The notes beneath the pieces are model-generated. The model saw nothing but the letters and a program-made list of their open reading frames with translations, did no database searches and was not told the DNA's origin. 64,000 bases of DNA, from the NCBI GenBank assembly GCA_951406725.2, contig OX597824.1, positions 12,772,001 through 12,836,000 of the forward strand, in the 5' to 3' direction. Every line of letters begins with the position of its first letter. Position 1 is the first letter of the stretch. Shown one piece after another: positions 1 to 20,653 of this stretch. The translations under genes and the position numbers were made by a program. The DNA is from Octopus vulgaris (taxonomy: Eukaryota).

Positions 1-346
1 TTATGTATATACATACATATCTATGTATATGCATATGTTAACACACACACACACATATATATATATACATATATATGTGTGTATGTATATATGTATATAT
101 ATATAGTTATGTTGGTGCAAAGAGGAAAAATATGCGTACTTTTCATCAATATTTAGCATTTTACTAATATTTTGCAGAGTTAACAGGGTGCGTCATACGC
201 ACACACACACACACACACACACATACACACACACACACACACACATACAGTATTAAAGGTTTAGGTTGAGTATCGTGCGTTCGCATACGTCAAGGGTAAA
301 CTCACGAAGCTCTGAAACCTCGAGTCAAACTGTTACTTCTGCTAAG

Positions 347-406
<60 letters not shown>

Positions 407-926
407 GTGTGTGTGTGTGTATTTTTTTGTGTGAGCGTGTGTATGTATGCATGTATGTATGTATGTAATATTTTGGACTAGTGTGTTGAAGTGTTGAGTA
501 GAGTGCTGGCATGGTTTGGACGACGTGGTGTCAACCGCAGTTCGAGTATATTTCGTGAGTTTGCCCTTGGTAAGTACCAACGCAGAAGAACTCTCGGACC
601 TTGTGTCAACTTCTCACTTTTGTAAATTATTGATAAAAATTTAAAATGAGGATCTACTTCAGTAACTCCGCAGTGTCAGTGAGATATCGATAATTGATTA
701 AATAATCAGAAGTTGGATTTTTTGGTGTTAATCCTTATTAATGATCTTTGTTAGGCCTAAAATTCAGAACTATTAGTACAGTGCTACTTCAGAACCAGTA
801 CTACAGTCACAAAACAACATAAGTGTTAAGATACTTACTACGCAATTTTATAAGCACGCAATGAAATATATTTTAATAAAAATTAAAATAAATTAGACAT
901 ATAAATGAAAGAATTTGATATTTTAC

Positions 927-9323
<8,397 letters not shown>

Positions 9324-11268
9324 ATTCCTATGTTATTGCTGCAATAATATACTTGTATTTTCGCTAAGAGCCCAGCCTTCTTTAGGACGAGTGTGGTTTG
9401 CTTCCGATACACAAATCTGTGCAGATAATAAAATAGTTATGCTTGAAGTCAACCGAATATAAATAGGCTAGTAGTCTTGCAACAGGGTTGCATACAAAAT
9501 CTGTGTCTATAAGAGAGGTCACTTTAACTTGAAGCGCATAAATATTAAGTTCACTATATACTCATGTTGTCTTCCCGCCTGCGGTTTAGCTGGAATAGGT
9601 CATCAACTTATTAATATCACCAAGTAACTACTTGTTTACAATAACTTTTTGTTGGTGTTATATAGTTGCAAGTCAGACTTGATTAGACAGACAGGACATA
9701 GGGAAGTAGTTTGACATACTGCATATCATATGTGAGGAGATTTTGCAGGTCCAGTGTCAGACTAAATTTGTGGCAATACTGTTTGGGTCCCGCGTTTTCA
9801 AAGACCATACTTTAAATATGTATAATCTATCCATTCCAAATCAGTGACTCTGTGCATCATCAACAACAAGAACAACAAAATCAGTAAATGCTGGAAGAAC
9901 ACCAATGCCAGCAGCAACTACAACACCAGCAACAACGGCAACAGTAACACCAACAATACCAACATCTGCAGTAGATGCACCGGCACCGCTTTCAAAAGCA
10001 GAAAGAATAAGAACGGGTACAGACCACATCCATTGGTTTTCCTAGCGGAGCGCTCTCTCACTCCCTCCTCCTCTAAGTCTCCTCTAAACTCAAATATATA
10101 CATTGACTTGTACCTTAGTTCCACAGATAAGGATACCTCTGCATAACGCAGTGAGAATGAAGGGGCACCCCCAAAAACCAAATAAGAAAATAAATTAAAG
10201 CACAATAAACTTCATGCCCCACACCAAAAACATGGAAAGCACAGCCACAATATTTACAGACACGCCTACCTCAAACACCCTAGCACCACAAGAGATCCAC
10301 CGCTATCACAACCATTACTCCCACAAATGCAACAACCTAGAGAAAGAAAATACCCTCAACAGCAACAAACACTAAACATAACCACAAAACTTTGTGCTAG
10401 TGAGGAGGACGAACAAAGAACTGAGGCTCTCACAGCACGAAGGGATGACATCGAGTGAGGTGTGACCTTCGGCATCAGCACCGTTCAGATGCAAACCTTA
10501 CGACGTGTAAAAGCTACGATTAGGCTTTTAAGTGAGGCTCCCGAAGGAACTTCTTCGGTTGAACCTCTTGAACTTCGGTTGAATCACCTTGCCCGGAGGG
10601 CACGTCCCGCTTTCTCTCTTCTACAAACGGTTTCCTGTCATCGTGGTGGGTTTAACAGTGGTTTGTAGAGTTTAACAGTGGTTCGTGGGCTGAAAGCAAG
10701 GTCGCTGCTCAACGCCCTCGGGCCATTATCTATGTACGTCACGGCCGTCAGTAACAGCATGTTTTCTAAAATATTCACTACGTCAACTCGTGTGCGTTTC
10801 TAACTTTAAAGGTCCCGCTCCGTTTAAAGATAAAAACTATCGTAAACAATATAAAAGTAAATATGTAAAGTATTATTACTTTTAAAAACAGTAATAATGA
10901 AGTGGCTAGCTATACTTCTACCTAAAAAGGTATGATATAAAATATTTGAAGAAAAGAAAGGCATAGATACTGCTTGCTAAAAATCAAAGCGAAAGCTTCA
11001 AAAAACCACCAATTCTACTACAAATACACACACGAGCAATGTAATGAATACTTTTTAAAAATAGGCCCACCTTCAGGATGGAATATGAAGGCAGTTAATA
11101 CTTATCCCAATATCAATATGTATATATATATATATGTATAAATTAAATTATTTAAATAATTTCTTATTTTTAGCTTTATATTTTTATATTAATTTTATGT
11201 AGTGGCTTATGTTTTTTACTGTTTGATTTGCCTAATAGTGGTTTTATCTCTATATATCAAAAATATAT

Positions 11269-11335
<67 letters not shown>

Positions 11336-11918
11336 ATATTTCGGAATGGTCATTTTGCCAGTTTAGCCAATAAAAACACACGCACTATATATTTGGTGTT
11401 ACTTTGCTTCAGTGTGATTTATTTTTTACATTAATCTTAATCTTATTTCGGCCAGAGTTCTTTCGTCAGACTCCTGTGACCGCATCAGTGGTCCTTTGTT
11501 TGTTTTCTTCTTACTTATTTGTGTCTCTCCTTACTAACCGTCAGCCATTTTGTATTTCTATTGTATGTCTTCATTTGCGCATGCTTATATCTCTATGTGC
11601 GTTTATGTTTATTTAGTGTGTGTATGTGGGGGATGCCTGTAATATTTGTATCTTCTGTTTATATACATTCATGTAATTTGTAATTTTATATGTTCATGTA
11701 ATTTGTATTTTTTTTTGTATTTTTTGTTTTTTTTTTGTATTTTGTATTTTTTGTTTTTTTTTTGTTTTTTGTTTTTGTTGTTTTTGTTTATTCTTATTTT
11801 GTTCATGTGTTTACATCTACCCATTATTATCATTACATATCCTTGTATGTATGTATAACAACAATACTAGTAATAATAATAATAAATTGAATCGTTAAAT
11901 ATATATATATATATATAT

Positions 11919-13547
11919 GTTAGTTAGTTAGTTAGTTAATTTGGCTCAAAAGCAAATAGCAAGGCCATGTAGGGGGACATGGAGTTAAGTACAGGGTGGT
12001 GTTCATGTAAAGAGTTCAGGCCACTTGAGGTCCAGGGAGGCTTTGAACAAAGCGGTCGTCGGCATCTTCACCATCTCGTCTGGCAGCTTGTTCCACGGAT
12101 CCGCAACCCGGACGGAGAAAGCTCCTCTCCTTCGATTGAGATGAAATCGTCGCAGGTAGACCTTTTCGGAATGACCCCGCAGCCGACGCTCTGGAGCAGG
12201 AGTGAAGAACAGCTCTTTCGAGAGGTTACACTTTCCGCTTATGATGTTGTGGGCGAGAATGAGATCACCACGGCGGCGGCGTTTTTCAAGAGAATAAAGG
12301 TCGAGCGTCCTCAGCCTTTCTTCGTAGGACAAATTTTTGAGACCATGAACCATGCGGGTAGCCAGCTTCTGGACTCTTTCGAGATGCTGTATGTCTTTGA
12401 GGAGATAAGGAGAAGAGGCTTGAATCCCATACTCCAATATGGGTCTCACCAGCGTGACATAGAGTGGTAGGAATATGGCTGCTGTGAGCATTCCGAATGA
12501 CCGTCGAATCAAGAACAGAATTCCGCGTGCTTTGTTGGCAGCATGGACGCACTGGGCCGAAGGCGAAAAGGAGGAATCCACCAAGATACCCAGGTCCTTT
12601 ACCTGATCGGTCCTCTCCAGCAGCAGACGACCCGGCTCGAAATCAAGTTGAGTTGTAGGAGTAGAGCCGACAGGCAGATGACAGCACTTTGACACGTTCA
12701 GACACAGGTCCCAATCGTTAGACCACTTCCAAATTTGGTGGAGGCATCGACGAAGATCCTCTATATTACCGCGAGGAGCGACCAGTTTGATATCGTCGGC
12801 AAATAGAAGGGTGTGTTGCGTGAGGTCGTCGGGCAAGTCATTTATGAAGAATAAGAACAACAAGGGCCCAAGCACTGAACCTTGAGGCACGCCACTGCTC
12901 GCACTGGAGACGTCGGACCGCGAACCATTAACTTGGACTTGGAAGGAGCGATCTGAGAGGAAGGCACCAACCCATCGTATAATATCCGGATGGAAACTAT
13001 ATGCTTGAAGCTTGACAAGTAATAGGCGGTGGTTTACCGAGTCAAAAGCTTTGGCAAAGTCCAATAAAACGATGTCAACAGCATCACTATCATCGAGGAT
13101 GCGCGTCACCAATTCTTCCATTACTAGTAAGTTGGTCAAGCATGATCTCTTCGGCACGAAGCCGTGTTGGGAATCAGAGATAGAGGCTGTGTTTAGGAGG
13201 TGGAGCATCATACTTTTCTTAAGGATGGTTTCGAACATCTTGCTGATTATTGATGTAAGGGAAACTGGTCGGTAGTTAAGCGGGTCTTCGCGGCTCCCTT
13301 TCTTGAAAATTGGGCAGATTATCGCTGTTCTCCAGTCTGCAGGTATAACACCCGTCGCCAACGACATATTGAATAGTCGTGTTAAGGGCTCGCAGATGAC
13401 CGGAGCCAACGCTTTGATAACCCGTGGGTGTATGCCGTCAGGGCCGTGACCCTTGTTGACATCGAGGCCTTGAATAACACGTTTGACTTCGTCCCGTGTG
13501 ATGACCAATCGAAGCATTGGAGGTACCGATCTATCAAATGGAGGGGG
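11919..13547 (-). mobile_element. 5'-truncated LINE (CR1/L2-like) with open reverse transcriptase ORF
   Basis: ORF 12003-13592 has GPDGI, YRPVSLTS, QHGF, LDFAKAFDSV, GVPQGSVLGP and LFADD. Short 3' UTR ends in a (TAAC)n tail. Inserted in (TA)n. Confidence 0.95.
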
Positions 13548-13599
13548 TATATATATATATATATACACATATATATACACATACACATACATATATATA

Positions 13600-14710
13600 T
13601 ATAGTTATTTATTTCTATTAGTTTATTTATTTATCTGTGTATTTATTATGTTTTCAGGATCCTCTATTGCCATATGTTGTGGTGTGTGTTAGTGCTCCAT
13701 TCTAGTTTTCTATTCAGGCTAGGTTTATTTTCTATTATGTGTGTAGCTTCTGTAATTTGTCTAATTGTTGCATCTGATCTATGTGTGGATAATATTTTAA
13801 TTTCTATGTTATTGATTGATCCCCCGTGTTCTTGTTCGGCGTGTTGGTACAGAATCGATGAGCTTTTACCTTCCTTGAGAAATGTGTCATGCATGTGCGA
13901 GCCCACAGAGTTAAAGAGACACATACAATATTTCATTCACCGCATGCAGTTCTCAGGTTACAGCCATAAAGAAAGGATCAGAGTATACAAAGGAGCCATT
14001 AAGAAATTTGATAATATATTATGTAATGATAGGAATGGTATTTGCCCCCTCTATAGGAACAAGTCGTGGAACACTATAGAAAGGACAAAAAGAAAATAGG
14101 GAAGGCCAACTCTTGGTATGATAGCCATAAATACCGGAGTGTCATGTTCGTTGACACCACCCCTGGAGGTGAACTGGCGTATCGCTTTAGAAGGACCCTA
14201 GACAAACTTAAGCTAAGAATTAAGGTTGTTGAAAAGCCAGGCAACACTATCAAATCTATAATTGGTAGAACCTATCCTTTTAGTAGAACCCCCTGTACGG
14301 ATAAATACTGTACTGTATGTAGATTTAGCCCACAAACAAACTGTAAAGCTAGAAATGTAGTCTATAGTATAAGATGTATAGAGGGACGATGCAGTAACAA
14401 GACAACGACATACGTAGGGGAAACGGCAAGAAGCATAGGAGAGAGGGTAAATGCGCATTGGAGACAACTCAAGGAAGGTAAAAGCACGGGGGATCAATCA
14501 ATAACATAGAAATTAAAATATTATCCACACATAGATCAGATGCAACAATTAGACAAATTACAGAAGCTACACACATAATAGAAAATAAACCTAGCCTGAA
14601 TAGAAAACTAGAATGGAGCACTAACACACAGCACAACATATGACGATAGAGGATCCTGAAAACATAATAAATACACAGATAAATAAATAAACTAATAGAA
14701 ATAAATAACT
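13600..14710 (+). mobile_element. Penelope-like element 3' fragment with GIY-YIG endonuclease and inverted terminal copy
   Basis: Plus-strand peptide C..C...CKARNVVYSIRC...YVGETARSIGERVNAH. About 13600-13830 is the reverse complement of ~14485-14710. ORF 13664-13936 (-) gives the GIY-YIG C-terminus (RQITEATHIIENKPSLN). Confidence 0.88.
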
Positions 14711-14984
14711 ATATATATATATGTATGTGTATGTGTATATATATGTGTATATATATATATATATGAATATATATATATATATATATATTTTTTTAACGAT
14801 TCAATTTATTATTATTATTACTAGTATTGTTGTTATACATACATACATACATACATACAAGCATATGTAATGTTAATAATGGGTGGATGTAAACACATGA
14901 ACAAAATAAGAATAAACAAAAACAACAAAAACAACAAAAAATACAAATACAAAAAAAAATTAAAAAAAACAACAAAAAAATGTA

Positions 14985-15192
14985 TAATTCGGCAGGAGGA
15001 CTTAAACGACATGCAAAGGTAAATGAAGCCCAGTTACAACTACAGCTGGCTATTACCGGTAAAGGTTTTAGTTACTAATTCTGTACAAGACATTTTAGAT
15101 CTTTGGCTGGGTTAAAAAGTCACATTCGATCACAGCACCAATAAGTTAAGCTTCGTACAATGGCCATACTCGATAACGAGGAGGCAGCCATC
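14985..15192 (+). mobile_element. 3' end fragment of an RTE-type LINE with C2H2-like zinc fingers
   Basis: Translates to [11 protein letters not shown]... and CTRHFRSLAGLKSHIRSQHQ stop. Paralogs at ~34670-34880 and ~57491-57701. Confidence 0.55.
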
Positions 15193-15254
15193 ATATATAT
15201 GTGTATGTATATGTATGTATATATGTGTATAGACACACACACACACACATATAT

Positions 15255-15650
15255 TCTCTTTTCTCCTCCTCTTTTACTTGTTTCAGTCATTTGACTGCGG
15301 CCATACTGGAGCACCGCCTTTAGTCGAGCAAATCGAGCTCGGGACTTATTCTTTGTAAGCCCAGAACTTATTATATCGGTCTCTTTTGCCGAACCGCTAA
15401 GTGACGGGGACGTAAACACTCCAGCATCGGTTGTCATGCAATGCTAGGGGGACAAACACAGACACACACTTATATATATATAAGTATATATATATATATA
15501 TAAGGTTCCGTCTACCAAATCAACTCACAAGGCATTGGTCGGCCCAGGGCTATAGCAGAAGACACTTGCCCAAGATGCCACACAGTGGGACTGAACCCGG
15601 AACCATGTGGTTGGTTAGCAAGCTACTTACCACACAGCCACACCTGCGCC
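15255..15650 (-). mobile_element. tRNA-derived SINE
   Basis: Reverse complement of 56959-57376, with Pol III A/B box-like motifs. Confidence 0.85.
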
Positions 15651-15694
<44 letters not shown>

Positions 15695-15699
15695 CGCAG

Positions 15700-16876
15700 G
15701 AGTGTGGTTGCAAACTTGGAGTGTGGTTGCATGACTTCCTGAAAGATAGGAATCAAGCAGTAGTGGTTAATGGAGCTACCTCTATGAACACACAAATAGT
15801 GAGCGGTGTTCCACAGGGCACTGTCTTGGGACCACTGCTTTTTATAGTGGCCCTATCAGATATGCCCTCAAATGCCCGGATAGCCACTCTGGCCAGCTAT
15901 GCAGATGATACGAAAGTCTCGCAGAAAATACAGAACCCCAGCGATGTTGCACACCTGCAGCAGGAGTTGGACTCAACCTACAGATGAGCTGAGGATAATA
16001 ATATGCAGTTTAATGCTGAAAAATTCCAGGCCCTGCGCTACCAGCATCCAAAACTGAATATTAAACTTACAGGATACACCGGTCCACAGGGAATTTCAAT
16101 CCCAGAGCCTAAGTCTGTGAGGGACCTGGGTATCGACATGAGTGATGATACCTCTTTCCAAGTGCACATTACCAGGATGGCGACAAAGTGCAGACGACTG
16201 CCTGGGTGGATCCTAAGAACATTCAGAACCAGAGATAAGGAAACCATGATGGTCCTCTGGCGGACATTCGTCCTCAGTCGCCTGGATTACTGCTCACAGC
16301 TATGGTCACCCACCAGTGTAAAATTAACAGCGGACCTTGAAGCAATCCAGAGAAGATTCACAAAGAAGATCGTCTCTTTGCAATAGCTCAGCTACTGGGA
16401 AAGGTTGAAACAGCTAAGACTCTACTCCCTGGAGAGAAGACGGGAGAGGTATGCAGTAATATATGTCTGAAAGATCCTGGAAGGAATTGTGCCAAATTTT
16501 GGCATTGTAAGCTACACCAATGCTAGAACGGGACGACACTGCATAGTGCCAAAGATCCCAGCAATGCCATCACGCTTCAGGACAAGCTTCTGCAACAGCC
16601 TGGGTTTCAAGGGTCCACAGCTTTTTAATATTCTCCTAAAGAGTCTGAGGAACTTGCACAAAGTAGATGTAGCGGTTTTTAAATCAAAGCTGGACATCTT
16701 CCTGTCAAGAGTCCCAGATGAACCTACCTCACGGCAAGAGGTGCAAATGAGAGTAGCTGTATCAATCTCCATTCTTCACCAAGTGCCACATATTAGACGA
16801 GGTTTGTCGTAATAACAGTGTAGCACAAAACGGCGGTGCATCAGCATGACCGCAGCTCTGAGCTGAAACTAGAAAA

Positions 16877-16885
<9 letters not shown>
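15700..16885 (+). mobile_element. 5'-truncated degenerate LINE (CR1/L2-like) RT fragment
   Basis: Consecutive in-frame ORF pieces 15721-15987, 16003-16386 and 16489-16812 with [14 protein letters not shown] and LDYCSQLWSP. Three in-frame stops and an A-rich tail. Confidence 0.92.
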
Positions 16886-16909
<24 letters not shown>

Positions 16910-17177
16910 TTTTTAAGACTTCAAAAGCCGCTAATGAGAGTTTTCAGTAAGTGATCGTCAAACAATACGACGATCGTTTACGTGAAACTCAAATTTCATT
17001 TTGCGAAGTAATTTTAGCTTCAATAAATCGCTATGTCACACTTCCTTTGGTATTCGATGATAATTTTCTCAACAAATACTTCAAACACACCCAATTTTCT
17101 CAACCTTGTTTTGTACCTGAGTGCACTCATGTGTACATCTCAAGCTCTTTCCCTCTCTTTCTCTCTCCCCCTCTCCC

Positions 17178-17212
<35 letters not shown>

Positions 17213-17382
17213 TCGCCATGCTTGACTGCTAAATCTACAGATCATTTTTCATTCTCTCTGTCTGTTTATTTTCCCTCATACATTTCTGTCAAAGAGCGTA
17301 GGCTCGAAACGTAAAACACTTTTTCATTTTTCCGAACGTCAAACTAATACACCAGCCTGTTCCTCATACAACTGTTTTCGTC

Positions 17383-17437
<55 letters not shown>

Positions 17438-17449
17438 TGTGTGTGTGTG

Positions 17450-17492
<43 letters not shown>

Positions 17493-17494
<2 letters not shown>

Positions 17495-17859
17495 CCGCTC
17501 AGTCGAAGTCGACTCTCGGTTACTCGATGGATCAGTGTCCTCCAGACATTTCTATCCTGGGTCGCTTCTTTCACATTGGCTATGTCCATTCCGGTATCAC
17601 TCTTGATGGTGTCAAGCCAGCGGGTTCTTCCTCTCTTGCCACTGACCATTCCGAGCATGATGTCCTTCTCCAGGGATTTTCTCCTCATAATATGACCAAA
17701 ATATGCCAATCTATGCTTGGTAATCCTAGCTTCTAGCGACATTTTCGGTCTGATCTGCTTAAGAACTTCTCCATTGGTGAGTCTCGCTGTCCATGGAATC
17801 AATAAAATTCTTCTCCAACACCAAAGCTCGAACGCATTAATTCTCTTCTGGTCAGCTTT

Positions 17860-17862
<3 letters not shown>
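17493..17862 (-). mobile_element. RTE (BovB-like) LINE 3' fragment
   Basis: Peptide IPWTARLTN...LAYFGHIMRR..LEKDIMLGMVSGKR..RWLDTIK is typical of the RTE C-terminus. Confidence 0.85.
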
Positions 17863-17950
<88 letters not shown>

Positions 17951-17954
<4 letters not shown>

Positions 17955-19207
17955 ATTATAAGCTGTTCACGAAGATAATTCTTTATAGGTTGTCACGTGG
18001 TCTCGACGAACAACAACAGAGGGAACAAGCAGGCTTCTGGAAGAACTACAGCACAATGGACCATATATTTACTCTAACGCAACTGCTTGAGCGAGCAAAT
18101 GAGTACAAACTGCCTCTTTGCGTATCGTTTATAGATTATGAGAAGGCCTTCGATAGCGTCGAAACCAACGCAGTGCCGAACTCGCTGCAGAGGCAAGGAA
18201 TCGAAGCGCAATATGTGCAGCTGCCCAGAGAGGCAAATTCCGGATGCACCACCTACATATCTCTACTGTCATCACCCATACGAGTGCCGGTCGAGAAGGG
18301 AGTGAAGCAAGGTGATACAATCTCCCGAAAACTTTTCACTGCATGTCTCGAACAGATCATCAGAGGCATCAACTGGCAAGGCGGTGTCAACATCAATGGC
18401 GAGCTCCTCACTCACCTCCGTTTCGCTGACGACATCGTACTCATCGCTGAAAACATGGATCAGCTTCAGACCATGCTGACGGAGCTCGACATCAAAAGTT
18501 CTGCAGTAGGTCTCAAGATGAACCGCATGAAAACAAAGTGCATGCGGTCAGACAATGTACCAACAGATCGAATAGTGATCGGCAGTGATGAAATAGAGGA
18601 GGTGAGGGAATATGTCTACCTGGGACAGGAAGTAAATATGTGCCGGGATATCAAAAAGGAGATCTCACGGAGAGTAAGGGCCGGATGGAAGGCGTTCAAT
18701 GGCATAAGGGATGTGCTCAAGGGAAGGTTGGACAGGACCACCCGCGCCAACCTCATTAACAGTGCAGTTCTGCCTGCAATGTTATATGGTAATGAAACAT
18801 TGGCTACCACAAAGAGAGAAGAGCAAAGACTGGTAACGGCCCAAAGAGCCATGAAAAGGTCAATGCTTGGTATCTTGTTGAGAGAGCACATAAGTAGCAA
18901 GATCATCAGAAAGAAGTCCGCGGTGAGGGATGTCATCGAAGAGTATACACGCAGCAAGTATAGATGGGCTGGACACGTCGCCCGGCTCACCGATAATCGG
19001 TGGACGCACGCGGTTGTAGAGTGGTACCCGCATGAGCGGAAAAGACCACCCGGAAGACCTCCACGACGGTGGAGTTACGATTTCAGGAGGACGATTGGGA
19101 TCACGTGGATGAGAAAGGCGCGATCCAGAGAGGAGTGGACAGCGTGCTGTGACCAGCGGTGTCAAATGGACGCCTGACGGACTGGTCGGTCAAGGTGATC
19201 AAGGTGA
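17951..19207 (+). mobile_element. 5'-truncated RTE-clade LINE with open RT ORF
   Basis: EQAGF, FIDYEKAFDSV, GVKQGDTIS, LRFADD, WAGHVAR and GRPPRRW motifs. Tail repeat (tcaaggtga)2. Confidence 0.95.
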
Positions 19208-19668
19208 TATATATGAAAATTAAAATAAAGGTATTTTTATATAAGCTTAACGCTTAGGGCGATGACCGTGCAAGATTATTTTGTTTACATATAAAAATCA
19301 AATACGTATAGTAAAAGCTTTTATTCTGACAAGGGCTTATGTGCTCCTTTATTAGACTATTTTCTTTAGTCATTGTACAGTAATAGCCACAAGCTTTAAG
19401 CTTCTATAAAAATACCATTATTATGATTTACAGTATTGTAAAATTCGGCGCCGTATAAAAGAAAAACCATTCGCACCAAAAACACACACACACACAGGGA
19501 ATAAATCCAAATTTACAGGGAAAAATCAGATTTAGGATTGAATCCAATTTTATAGTAAAATATTATATAATATTAATTAGAGACAAAACCACTATTATGC
19601 AAATCAAACAAAGAAAGACTTAATCTAATACATAAAAATTTTATATAAATTAAATAAAATTAAGTTAT

Positions 19669-19713
19669 CCACTACAATTGTTTCTGTCACTTCTAAGGAC
19701 ATTCATCAGGTGG
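19669..19713 (-). ncRNA. Type I hammerhead ribozyme motif
   Basis: CCAC-CTGATGA-A-TGTC(cttagaagt)GACA-GAAA-CAATTG-TA-GTGG, with palindromic helix III ACAATTGT and a GUA cleavage triplet. Confidence 0.8.
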
Positions 19714-19761
19714 TTTCAAGACCTTCTATTCAATTTTAAAATTGAATAGAAGGTCTTGAAA

Positions 19762-19807
19762 CCACCTGATGAATGTCCTTAGAAGTGACAAGAAACAATT
19801 GTAGTGG
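19762..19807 (+). ncRNA. Type I hammerhead ribozyme motif, opposite arm
   Basis: Same motif with one extra A before GAAA. Confidence 0.7.
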
Positions 19808-19875
19808 ATAACTTAATTTTATTTAATTTATAATAAAATTTTTTCTGTATTGATTAAGTCTTTCTTTGTTTGATT

Positions 19876-19917
<42 letters not shown>

Positions 19918-20088
19918 AAATTATCAATGATCTAGCTTTATCTGCGACCGTAGGTGGTTTCTCTCCATTGTCAGCTCATCATGATAGTGTTTTTGTAACT
20001 ATTGAGTTGTTTTCACCCCTATTTCTAGCAATATTGGTGCTAATTATTCACCTTGTTCACTTTAGTGACACATATACATACATACACG

Positions 20089-20145
<57 letters not shown>

Positions 20146-20572
20146 GTATATGTGTATATATATGTATATATATATAAGTGTGTGTTTGTGTGTATTCACA
20201 ACCACACACGCATTCCCACTCACCACACACTTTGCCCTTCCAAGCATTCTCCCACGATACACAATATTCAATCATAAAATAGAACGTAATACACAAGCAC
20301 ACAAAACGAATAAACAGACTATATATACACGCACAATATAGAGCCACACACGCACTTCGTGTGTGGACCTATGCATACATACATACATACATACATACAT
20401 ACATACATAATAATGCATACATGCATACATACATACATACATACATACACACACATGCACACACATCCATGACCACTGCTCCACAAATATATACATGCAC
20501 TTTATACACCCACACACATAAATACAAATACACACATATATATATACACATACATACATAAATGTACAAACT

Positions 20573-20653
<81 letters not shown>

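Larger units (their letters stand above)
19596..19881. repeat. Spacer-less palindrome with ~143-bp arms, carrying two hammerhead motifs
   Basis: Centre at 19737/19738 (caatttt|aaaattg). Arms are reverse-complementary apart from a few indels. Confidence 0.9.

Noticed and set aside
11440-11496. Hammerhead-like CTGATGC-GGTC...GGCC-GAAA on the minus strand (also ~33880-33935)
   Set aside because: The core is non-canonical and no helix I or III pairing around a UH site could be built.
11979-12470. 163-aa plus-strand ORF
   Set aside because: It is the antisense shadow of the LINE reverse transcriptase ORF.
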